Of a stretch of DNA of 64,000 nt, positions 18,575-27,076 are shown piece after piece; positions within the stretch are counted from its first letter, which is position 1, and every line of letters starts with the position of its first letter. The notes under the pieces are model-generated. The model searched no databases and had not been told where the DNA came from. It saw only the letters and a program-made list of their open reading frames with translations. The stretch is taken from assembly GCA_040218735.1 (NCBI GenBank), contig JAVJQW010000011.1:96001-160000 (forward strand), written 5' to 3'. This DNA comes from Deltaproteobacteria bacterium (GTDB lineage Bacteria; Myxococcota; Kuafuiibacteriia; Kuafuiibacteriales; Kuafuiibacteriaceae). The position numbers and the translations under genes are program-made.

Positions 18575-20449
18575 ATGGTCTCGATCCCCGCGATGCGAAG
18601 AATTCGGACCGTTGCCCCGCTCCTCCTGATCACCGCCTGTGCGTCGCAGGACGCCGCCCCGCCGCCGCCCGCTGCGGCGCCGGCGACCGCCGCCAAGAAA
18701 GCCGAGGCGCCCAAGGCGCTGACCGCCGCGGACGCCGACGCGTTCGTCGCCGACGCCGAGAAGCAGCTCTTCGCGAGCTGGGAGTACGGCGCGCGCGTCG
18801 CGTGGATCAACTACACGTACATCAACGAGGACAGCGACTGGCTCTCCGCGAAGGCCGACGCCGAGTACACGAAGCTCGCCGTGAACCTCGCCAAGGAGGC
18901 CGCGAAGTTCAACGACGTGAAGACGTCGCCCGAGACCGCGCGCAAGCTGAAGATGCTCAAGCTCGCGCTCACCCTCCCCGCCCCCAGCCGCGACGGCGCG
19001 GCGGACGAGCTCGCGGAGATCACCACGCGCCTGAAGTCGACGTACGGCAAGGGCAAGGGGACCTTCAAGGGCAAAGTCACGCCCGGCAGCGAGCTCGAGG
19101 CGTTGATGCGCAGCCAGCGCGATCCGAAGCAGCTCCAGGAGATGTGGACGTCGTGGCGCAAGATCTCCCAGCCGATGCGCAAGGACTACGTCCGCATGGT
19201 CGAGATCGCGAACGAGGGTGCGAAGGAGCTCGGCTTCGACAACGTCGGCGCGATGTGGCGCTCGGGTTACGACATGTCGCCCGACGAGTTCTCGGCGCTC
19301 CTCGAGAAGCTCTGGACCCAGGTCAAACCGCTCTACGACGCCCTGCACTGCTACACCCGCGCGAAGCTCAACAAGAAGTACGGCGCGAAGGTCGTCCCGC
19401 TCGACAAACCCATCCGCGCGGATCTGCTCGGCAACATGTGGGCGCAGGAGTGGGGCAGCATCTACGACGACGTCGCGCCGAAGGGCGCCGGTGACATCGG
19501 CTTCGACCTCACCGCGCTCCTGAAGAAGAAGAAGTACGACCACCTGAAGATGGTGAAGACCGGCGAGGCGTTCTTCTCGTCGCTCGGCATGCCCGAGCTG
19601 CCCGAGACGTTCTGGAAGCGCTCGATGTTCCTCAAGCCGGCCGACCGCGAGGTCGTCTGTCACGCGTCCGCGTGGGACGTCGACAACAAGGACGACCTCC
19701 GCATCAAGATGTGCATCAAGGTCGACGCGTCCGACTTCCAGACCATCCACCACGAGCTCGGCCACAACTACTACCAGCGCGCGTACAACGAGCAGTCGCC
19801 GCTCTACCTCACCGGCGCGAACGACGGTTTCCACGAGGCCATCGGTGACATGATCGCGCTGTCGATCACGCCCGACTACCTCGTGAAGATCGGCCTCCTC
19901 GACAAGAAGAAGATCCCGCCCGCGAGCAAGGACATCGGCCTGCTCCTCCGCGAAGGCATGGACAAGGTCGCGTTCCTCCCGTTCGGCCTCATCGTCGACA
20001 AGTGGCGCTGGCGCGTGTTCTCCGGCGAGGTCGCCCCGGACAACTACAACGCCGCGTGGTGGGAGCTGCGCACGAAGTACCAGGGCATCCGCCCGCCGGT
20101 GGAGCGCAACGAGACCGACTTCGACCCGGGCGCGAAGTACCACATCCCCGGCAACACGCCGTACACGCGTTACTTCCTCGCGCGCATCCTCCAGTTCCAG
20201 TTCCACCAGGCCGCCTGCAAGATGGCCGGCTGGAAGGGCCCGCTGCACCGCTGCTCGATCTACGGGAACAAGGAGGTCGGCAAGAAGTTCGAAGCGATGA
20301 TGGCGATGGGCGCGAGCAAGCCCTGGCCGGACGCCCTCGAAGCCTTCACCGGCACCCGCGAGATGGACGGCACCGCGATGATCGCCTACTTCGAACCGCT
20401 CATGGGCTGGCTCGCCGAGCAGAACAAGGGCCAGCAGTGCGGCTGGTGA
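18575..20449 (+). CDS. M2 family metallopeptidase (peptidyl-dipeptidase A / ACE homologue), lipoprotein
   Basis: LLGNMWAQEW, CHASAWD, HHELGH (HExxH), GANDGFHEAIGD, FDPGAKYHIP; lipobox ITAC. Confidence 0.96.
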   Translation: MVSIPAMRRIRTVAPLLLITACASQDAAPPPPAAAPATAAKKAEAPKALTAADADAFVADAEKQLFASWEYGARVAWINYTYINEDSDWLSAKADAEYTKLAVNLAKEAAKFNDVKTSPETARKLKMLKLALTLPAPSRDGAADELAEITTRLKSTYGKGKGTFKGKVTPGSELEALMRSQRDPKQLQEMWTSWRKISQPMRKDYVRMVEIANEGAKELGFDNVGAMWRSGYDMSPDEFSALLEKLWTQVKPLYDALHCYTRAKLNKKYGAKVVPLDKPIRADLLGNMWAQEWGSIYDDVAPKGAGDIGFDLTALLKKKKYDHLKMVKTGEAFFSSLGMPELPETFWKRSMFLKPADREVVCHASAWDVDNKDDLRIKMCIKVDASDFQTIHHELGHNYYQRAYNEQSPLYLTGANDGFHEAIGDMIALSITPDYLVKIGLLDKKKIPPASKDIGLLLREGMDKVAFLPFGLIVDKWRWRVFSGEVAPDNYNAAWWELRTKYQGIRPPVERNETDFDPGAKYHIPGNTPYTRYFLARILQFQFHQAACKMAGWKGPLHRCSIYGNKEVGKKFEAMMAMGASKPWPDALEAFTGTREMDGTAMIAYFEPLMGWLAEQNKGQQCGW

Positions 20450-20450
20450 G

Positions 20451-21971
20451 TTAGTACGAAGGCCTTCCGTCGATCGCGACCTCGACGAGGCCTCGCTCCA
20501 CCAGCGCCGAGAGCGCGAGCATGAGGCCTCGGCCGAGGTTCCGGTTCGGCCCCTGCATCGTGTCGGCGGCGTAGCCGTCGAAGACCTCCGACATCGTCCG
20601 ACCGTCGAGCTGCGCGAACAGCTTCGTCGGATCCAGCGCGGCCGGGATGTCCACGCGCTGCCCCGACGGCCCCACCAGCGCCGGGCGCTCCACCACGAAC
20701 ACCCCCTCCGCGGACGGGAGCGTCTTCAGCTTCAGCGTGTCGTTCTTCGTCAGGGACACACGCTGCCCGCCTTTGTGCTCCACGTCGTCGCGGAAACGGT
20801 CGCGTCGCTCGATCCCCGTCGCGGTGACGAGGTCGTCGATCTCCGCGGACAGCGCCATCTCCGTCCGCGTGCGCGCCGCCCAGAACGGCTCCGAGACGTA
20901 CGGCGACGTCCGGTAGAACGTCAGCGCGACGCTCGTGTAGTTCAGCACCGAACGCGACTGCATGTTGTCGTAGTAGTCGATCGCGATCGGCGTCGACTCC
21001 GGGCGCCTCAGGATCGTGTTCACCACCGCGCTCGCCGTGATGCCGGACTGGAGCGCCTTGAACACGCCGTGCGCCGTGAGCGGATCGATGAACGCCCCGG
21101 CGTCCCCCGCGAGCAGGAAGCGCTCCCCGACGTAACGCGCCGCGCGTGACCACGTCGCGTCGTGCGCCGAGAGCGCGCCGTCGAACTCGACCCCGTCGAC
21201 CAACGCGCCCACCAGCCGCGAGCCGCGGACCCGATCGAGGTACAGCTCCACCGGCAACGCGTCCTCGGACTTCACGGTGTTCGCGTCGACACCGAGCGTG
21301 ATGTTGCGGCGCCCGTCGGCGAGCCGCACCGACCACAGCCACCCCTCCGGCATAATCTCGAAGAGCGTGTCCTCGTCGTCGAACGCCTCGGGCGCCTTCG
21401 TACCGCGCCAGTACCCGGTGAGCGCGACCGTGCGCACCGTGTCGCGCTGCCTGAGGCCGAGCGCCTTCGCGACGACCGCCGCCGTGCCCGACGCATCGAC
21501 GACGAAGCGCGTCGTGATCGTCCCACGCTCCTCGCCGCGCCGGTAGGTCACGACGGTTCCGTCCTCGGACAGCGCTTCGAACGAAACCCCTTCGAAGACC
21601 TGCGCGCCCACCGCCTTCGACTGTTCGAGGAGCCGCCGATCGAAGTCGGCGCGGTCGACTTGGTACCCCATCATCCCTTGGGTCGGGTCGAACGGGTGCG
21701 TGAGGATCTCGTCCCCCGCGAACACCGTCGTCGCGCCCATCCGCGTGTAGCCGGCGCCGTCGATCGCGTCGCGCACGCCGAGGATGGAGAACAGCGGCGC
21801 GATCTTCGGCGGGAACGACTCCCCGATGTGCGGTCGCGGAAACGTCGCGCGGTCGAGGACCACGACGCGGTGCAGGAGACGCGCGAGCGCCGTCGCGACG
21901 CTGGAGCCGGCCGGCCCGCCGCCGATGACGACGACGTCCGCTTCTTCGGGGATGCTCACTGGACCCGACAC
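20451..21971 (-). CDS. FAD-dependent oxidoreductase of the halogenase/geranylgeranyl reductase superfamily
   Basis: VIGGGPAGS, FPRPHIGES, VDRADFD, VDASG, GWLWSV, AGDAGAFIDPL. Confidence 0.85.
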   Translation of the reverse strand: MSGPVSIPEEADVVVIGGGPAGSSVATALARLLHRVVVLDRATFPRPHIGESFPPKIAPLFSILGVRDAIDGAGYTRMGATTVFAGDEILTHPFDPTQGMMGYQVDRADFDRRLLEQSKAVGAQVFEGVSFEALSEDGTVVTYRRGEERGTITTRFVVDASGTAAVVAKALGLRQRDTVRTVALTGYWRGTKAPEAFDDEDTLFEIMPEGWLWSVRLADGRRNITLGVDANTVKSEDALPVELYLDRVRGSRLVGALVDGVEFDGALSAHDATWSRAARYVGERFLLAGDAGAFIDPLTAHGVFKALQSGITASAVVNTILRRPESTPIAIDYYDNMQSRSVLNYTSVALTFYRTSPYVSEPFWAARTRTEMALSAEIDDLVTATGIERRDRFRDDVEHKGGQRVSLTKNDTLKLKTLPSAEGVFVVERPALVGPSGQRVDIPAALDPTKLFAQLDGRTMSEVFDGYAADTMQGPNRNLGRGLMLALSALVERGLVEVAIDGRPSY

Positions 21972-22014
21972 ATCGCACGAAACGACGGCCGGAGTCCCGC
22001 GTGATGGGTGGGGG

Positions 22015-23679
22015 TCAGCTTCGTCGCCGCCGGACGAGGCGTCGACCGAGGAGGAACAGGCCGAGCGCGACCGCGGTTCCGAGCCCGCGGCGGTGGCGGT
22101 AACGCACGTGTGTGCAGCCGCCCGCGCCGCTGTCGTCGGAGCTCGCGACGAGCGCCTGGTTGTCCGTGACGATCCGCGGCGCGCCCTCCTGCCCGAGGAC
22201 TTCGACGCGCACCGCGAACGGGACGCCTTCGCGCTCGGCGACGGAGAACGTGAAGGTGTCCGGGTCCGAGAGGTAGACGCGACCGTCGTTCAGGATGAGC
22301 TCGTTCTCGGCGCCGTTGCAGTGGTTGATCTGCGTGGCGGTGTGAAGGTTCGCGACGTCGGGCAGGTCCGGGTTGAACGAAAATGCCGGGTCCTTCGTCA
22401 TCTCCTCCGGGTCGAGGAACGTGAGCATCCGCGTCACGTACGGGAAGTCGCCGAGGAAGCCGATCGACTCCTGCGTCGGCAGCACGATGCGCGTCCAGAT
22501 CTGCTCGGCGAGCTCGACGCTGTCGAACGCCACCGACACCCCACGGCGCGCCGCGAACTCCGCGTAGACCTGCCAGTACTGCTCCTCGAGCGTCGGCCCG
22601 AAGAACGCGCCTTGGTCGGTGAGCGGGTCGAGCTCGCTGTCGGGGATCCGCAAGAGCGGCTGCAGGATCCCGCGCAGCGCGAGCGCGGGGAAGCGGTTGA
22701 ACCGCATGTGGTCGACGAACGAGACGATGTCGGTCTGCTCCGCGAGCTGGTCCTGCGTACCGAAGCGCGACGCCAACCCGATCTGCGCCTGCGCCGGCTG
22801 GCTCGTCCCGGCGTACTCCGTCACGAACGCGTGGTGCCCGTCGGCCTCGTCGATCGCGCGGCTCACGACCTCGGCGTAGTTCGCCGCCTGGTTGCTCCAG
22901 TCGATGTACTCCTCGTTGATCTGCACGTGCTGATAGTTGTGTGGGATCGCGCGCGCGCTCCCGAGCACCCAGACCAGGACGCCCATGTCGGGCACCGCGC
23001 CCATCGAGGTCAGGACGATCGGGACCATCGGGAAGTCCGAGTCGTACTCGACGACGATCGGCTGCAGGTCACCGGTGGTGGCGTCGGCCTTCAGCTTCAG
23101 CGCGAGGAAGAACGCGTTCGGTCGAATATAAGGGTCGAAGGAGGCGTCGCTCGCGGACGGCACGAAGTAGCCGTTCTCGCGGAGCCAGTCGAACATCGGC
23201 TCCTTCGCGTCGGCGCGCACGACCGCGTACTCGTACGGGCCGGCGCTGGACTGCACGACGGCGACGCTCGACTGGCTTCCTCCGTTGCGCTCATCCGCCA
23301 CCGCGAAGGCCGCGTCCGCTCCGCCGCACCCGAAGCCACCGCCGGTGTCGCAGCCTTCACCGGCCTGGGGCTGGAGCAAGAACTGCGGCGCGGTCGTCGC
23401 TTCGAGGGCATCGAAGAGCGCCTCGCTCCCGAGCCGAAACTCGGGCACCGCAGGCATCGGGAGCATCCACGCGAAGTCGGACGCGTCCCCCTGATACTGA
23501 ATCTGGATATGGGCCGTGACCGTGCCGTCTTCGTATCCGAAGACGATCCGTTCACCGGCCTGCACGACCGGCTGCGCCGGCGTCGGTGCCGCGAAGCATC
23601 CGCAGGCCTCGGCGACCTGCGGCGTGAGCGCCGCGAACCCCAAGAGTGTCGTTCCCAACAGGCAGTGAGTCTTCCGCAT
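22015..23679 (-). CDS. DUF2330 domain protein with MYXO-CTERM-like tail
   Basis: AEACGCF...VVQAGERIVF...QIQYQG..SDFAWMLP; WLRENGY; FFLALKL; C-terminal GGC...hydrophobic...RRR. Confidence 0.88.
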   Translation of the reverse strand: MRKTHCLLGTTLLGFAALTPQVAEACGCFAAPTPAQPVVQAGERIVFGYEDGTVTAHIQIQYQGDASDFAWMLPMPAVPEFRLGSEALFDALEATTAPQFLLQPQAGEGCDTGGGFGCGGADAAFAVADERNGGSQSSVAVVQSSAGPYEYAVVRADAKEPMFDWLRENGYFVPSASDASFDPYIRPNAFFLALKLKADATTGDLQPIVVEYDSDFPMVPIVLTSMGAVPDMGVLVWVLGSARAIPHNYQHVQINEEYIDWSNQAANYAEVVSRAIDEADGHHAFVTEYAGTSQPAQAQIGLASRFGTQDQLAEQTDIVSFVDHMRFNRFPALALRGILQPLLRIPDSELDPLTDQGAFFGPTLEEQYWQVYAEFAARRGVSVAFDSVELAEQIWTRIVLPTQESIGFLGDFPYVTRMLTFLDPEEMTKDPAFSFNPDLPDVANLHTATQINHCNGAENELILNDGRVYLSDPDTFTFSVAEREGVPFAVRVEVLGQEGAPRIVTDNQALVASSDDSGAGGCTHVRYRHRRGLGTAVALGLFLLGRRLVRRRRS

Positions 23680-23806
23680 GGTGCCGGTCCCCTTTCCAAG
23701 AACGATGCCGTAAGGCAGCGCACACGTTCCAGACCACGTCGCGCCCCGCGTGTCAGGGGTATGATCGAAATGTCGCCGAAGTCCGAGGCGCTGTAGACTC
23801 CCGGCC

Positions 23807-25042
23807 GTGCTGGCCCTCGCCGCCGCGCTCCTCCTCGTGGGCGCCCCCGACGATCCCACGCACCTGATCGCGGTGCAGGAGCGCGTCCCCTTCGCGTTCC
23901 TGCTCAACACCCCCACCGGCGGGACGGCGCGGACCAGCAGCTCGGAGATCATCCGGTTCGTGACTGACACGCTGCGTCGCGACACGTCGTTCGCGGTGCA
24001 GCTCGTCGACGGCGAGGTCGTGAAGACCTGTCAGGGCGAGCTGACCTGCCTCGTCCTCGCCTCGCGCCGCGACTACGAGCGGTCGGCGCTGCTGCGGCCC
24101 GACGGGAGCCCCCTCCCCTACCGCGAGCACGTGCGACGCCTCGCCGAACGGGAGGCGGACTACGCGCGCTACCTGTTGGTGCTCTCCAACGTCACGGTGC
24201 CGGATCGGCCGGACCGCGTGAGCGCGTCGCTGATCGACACCGACCTCGCGCTCGCCGTCTACCACGAGGCCGACCACAGCCGCCCCGAGTGGAAGGAGCG
24301 CGTCGAGACGCGGATCAGCACGGCGGCGATGCCCAAAGGCACGCTACGCGCCGAGGTCGACGGGAACGCCGACGCCGCGCAGTTCGTCGAGCGCCTCGTA
24401 CGGCAGGACTTCGCTTCGCTCTTCGAGGCGAGCGGGCACTGGCAGCCTTACGGCTCCGTTGATCTCGTCACGAACGCCGAAGGGCTGGAGATCCTCCTCG
24501 ACGGGCGCTCGGTCGGCTCGACCCAGGGGGCGCGCACGCGCCTGACGAAGCTCCTCCCCGGGACGCGCGCCATCTCGGTGCGTCACCCCGACTACACCAC
24601 CCTCGACACCTCCGTCACGGTACGCCGCGGCGAGAACGCGACGGTGCAGGTCGACCCCATCCCGATCCTCAGCGAAGCCGACGCGACGATTCGGCCGGTC
24701 GTCTTCTACTCCGGGATCGCCGTGGCTGCGGCCGGCGCCGGCCTGCTGGTGTTCGCCGCAGTTCGGCAGGACCGCTCCGTGCGCACGGTGTGCTTCGACG
24801 GCGAGTGCCAGTCCGGGCGGTTCCAGACGCTCGGCTACGACCCGAACGTCTCCATCGCGGACGCGGAGTCCGTGAACCCGAACGGCCTCTTGGTCGCGCC
24901 GCTCGGAGCGGCGCTCCTCACCGGGGGCGCGGCGTTCACGCTCGGCACGGGTCTCGTGGAGCGGGCATCGCCCTGGTGGAGCGTTCTCGTCGGCGTGGTG
25001 ACGGGCGGCGTCGTCTACGGGCTCGGCGCGCTGTTCCACTGA
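23807..25042 (+). CDS. PEGA domain-containing membrane protein
   Basis: GSVDLVTNAEGLEILLDGRSVG...LLPGTRAISVRHPDY; C-terminal Gly-rich hydrophobic helices. Confidence 0.75.
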   Translation: MLALAAALLLVGAPDDPTHLIAVQERVPFAFLLNTPTGGTARTSSSEIIRFVTDTLRRDTSFAVQLVDGEVVKTCQGELTCLVLASRRDYERSALLRPDGSPLPYREHVRRLAEREADYARYLLVLSNVTVPDRPDRVSASLIDTDLALAVYHEADHSRPEWKERVETRISTAAMPKGTLRAEVDGNADAAQFVERLVRQDFASLFEASGHWQPYGSVDLVTNAEGLEILLDGRSVGSTQGARTRLTKLLPGTRAISVRHPDYTTLDTSVTVRRGENATVQVDPIPILSEADATIRPVVFYSGIAVAAAGAGLLVFAAVRQDRSVRTVCFDGECQSGRFQTLGYDPNVSIADAESVNPNGLLVAPLGAALLTGGAAFTLGTGLVERASPWWSVLVGVVTGGVVYGLGALFH

Positions 25043-25059
25043 GTGGAATCGCGGCCGAT

Positions 25060-25218
25060 TCAGGCGGTCGCGAAGCGGTAGCCGCAGTGCACGCACACAT
25101 CGTCGTCGACGTCGCAGTACGCTCCGCACTCCGGGCACTGCTTCTTCGGGCGCTTGGATCGACGCCACGCGTACAGGCCCCCGAGGGCGACGGCGGCGAA
25201 CAGCACGGCGAGCTCCAC
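25060..25218 (-). CDS. Small (52 aa) membrane-anchored zinc-ribbon protein
   Basis: Manual translation MELAVLFAAVALGGLYAWRRSKRPKKQCPECGAYCDVDDDVCVHCGYRFATA*; fills the intergenic gap and is below the ORF-track cutoff. Confidence 0.75.
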   Translation of the reverse strand: MELAVLFAAVALGGLYAWRRSKRPKKQCPECGAYCDVDDDVCVHCGYRFATA

Positions 25219-25294
25219 GGCTCAGCTGTGTAGAGCATCACACGCCGGTTTGTCACGGTGCTCCGAGGCCCAGAAGGTGGCATGGTGCCGCGCG

Positions 25295-26419
25295 ATGAGG
25301 TGGACGACCACGGCCGCACTGCTCTTCGCGGCGACGTTCCCGACCACGGCCCACGCGGCGAAGTTCACGACCGGGGATCTCGACCTCGTGCTCGGCGGCC
25401 ACGCGGAGGCGTTCTACAGCTACGTCTTCGCGAACCCGGCGAACGGCGTGAACAACGCGCGGATCTTCGACACCCGCCACAACACGTTTGCGCTGTCGTC
25501 CGCCGGGCTGTCCCTCGACGCCGACACCGAGTACGCGATGCTTCGCCTCGCGCTGTGGTTCGGGACGACGTCGGAGGCGATCTATTCGTCCGAGCCCCCC
25601 GCCACCACGCCGGGCACGGCGGGTGCGGGCGGCAAACAGCTGTGGCGGTTCATCCAGGAGGCGTACGCGCGCGGGAAGATCCCGGTCGGCTACGGCAACG
25701 TCCACATCGACGGCGGCATCTTCGTCTCGCCGATCGGACTCGAGAACGTGCTCGCGAAGGACAACTGGAACTACTCGAGCTCCAACCTGAACTTCATGCT
25801 GCCGTTCTATCACACGGGCCTGCGCGTGACGGTGCCCGTCGCCCGCACCTGGACGGTGACCGCGGGGATCTACAACGGCTGGTCGAACGTCATCGACAAC
25901 AACGCGGACAAGTCCTTCGCGCTGTCCTCCGCCGGGACGTTGGGGCGCCTCGACTGGGGCGCGACGTACTGGCTCGGCAACGAGCGCGCGGCCGGTAGCC
26001 CCGAGGGGAGCCCGTGGCTTCAGCACTTCGACGCGTGGGGCAAGGCGCGCCTGTTCGACTGGTTCTGGGCGGGGGTGCAGGCGGACTTCGGCTTCGAGTC
26101 GAACCGCATCGACAGCAGCGTCTGGTACGGCGGCGCGCTCTACGGCCGCTTCCGCATCGGGCCGCCGCTTCACCTCACCCTTCGCGTCGACTACTTCTCG
26201 GACCGCCCCGGCGACGGCGTGAGCCCGCTGTTCTTCGCCGCGACCTGGGTGAGCTCGCAGACCGCGACGCTCGAGCTGTCCCCGAACGAGTTCTTCGCGA
26301 TCCGCCTGGAGTACCGCCACGACGAAGCCGGCGGCCCGCTGTACTTCGACGCGGACCCCACCGCGGTGACCGCGGACCACCAGAACGTCTTCACCATCGC
26401 GCTCCTCGCGCAGATGTGA
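25295..26419 (+). CDS. Putative outer-membrane beta-barrel porin (BBP2/OmpL-like)
   Basis: Signal peptide; FIQEAY, G.FVSPIGLE...NWNYSSS...PFYHTGLR, YNGWSNVIDNN.DK, IRLEYRHD. Confidence 0.85.
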   Translation: MRWTTTAALLFAATFPTTAHAAKFTTGDLDLVLGGHAEAFYSYVFANPANGVNNARIFDTRHNTFALSSAGLSLDADTEYAMLRLALWFGTTSEAIYSSEPPATTPGTAGAGGKQLWRFIQEAYARGKIPVGYGNVHIDGGIFVSPIGLENVLAKDNWNYSSSNLNFMLPFYHTGLRVTVPVARTWTVTAGIYNGWSNVIDNNADKSFALSSAGTLGRLDWGATYWLGNERAAGSPEGSPWLQHFDAWGKARLFDWFWAGVQADFGFESNRIDSSVWYGGALYGRFRIGPPLHLTLRVDYFSDRPGDGVSPLFFAATWVSSQTATLELSPNEFFAIRLEYRHDEAGGPLYFDADPTAVTADHQNVFTIALLAQM

Positions 26420-26420
26420 T

Positions 26421-27035
26421 TCAGCCGTCGACCTCGTCGTCGTAGTCGGCCATCGCGGCTTGGATGACGCGAAACGCGTGTTGGCGATCGTAGGCTTTGG
26501 CGATCACCGCGGGGGCGTCGTGCCCCGGCACCATCTTGTAGGTCGAGAAGTAGTGCATCAGCCGTTCGACGAGCTTTGGAGGGAGCTGATCGAGGTCCTC
26601 GACCTGACCCCAGAAGAGATCGTTTTCGAGCACCGCGACGATCTTGTCGTCGGCCTCGCCGCCGTCAATCATCTGCAACCCTCCGACGACCCGTGCATTC
26701 AGTAGAATGTCGGCGCGGGTGATCGGACGCTCGCTCACGACGCAGATGTCGAGCGGGTCGTGGTCGCCGCGCTCCGCGTGCGGCTGTGCGATCTCGGCGA
26801 CGCGCCGGCCGCAGTACGTCCGCGGGATGAAGCCGTAGAGTGTGGGTGGCTGCGCCGAGCTGCGCTGCGGTCGGTCGACGCGGATGTACCCGGTGACCTT
26901 GTCGATCTCGTACTTCACGGCGTCGAGCGGCGTGATCTCGATGTAGGCCGTCACGACGTCGGGCGGCTTCGGGCCGACCTCGAGGCCGTGCCAAGGATGG
27001 GGGCGCCAGCGATAGGACGGAGGAGGGAAGCTCAC
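26421..27035 (-). CDS. ppa: Family I inorganic pyrophosphatase
   Basis: [51 protein letters not shown]. Confidence 0.95.
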   Translation of the reverse strand: MSFPPPSYRWRPHPWHGLEVGPKPPDVVTAYIEITPLDAVKYEIDKVTGYIRVDRPQRSSAQPPTLYGFIPRTYCGRRVAEIAQPHAERGDHDPLDICVVSERPITRADILLNARVVGGLQMIDGGEADDKIVAVLENDLFWGQVEDLDQLPPKLVERLMHYFSTYKMVPGHDAPAVIAKAYDRQHAFRVIQAAMADYDDEVDG

Positions 27036-27076
27036 GACGACATCCTCGCCGCGAGGCCCCTTCCACCGCAACGCCC

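Noticed and set aside
18575-20449. ACE-like peptidase as a eukaryote-derived gene
   Set aside because: Bacterial M2 peptidases are well known, and codon style matches the host.
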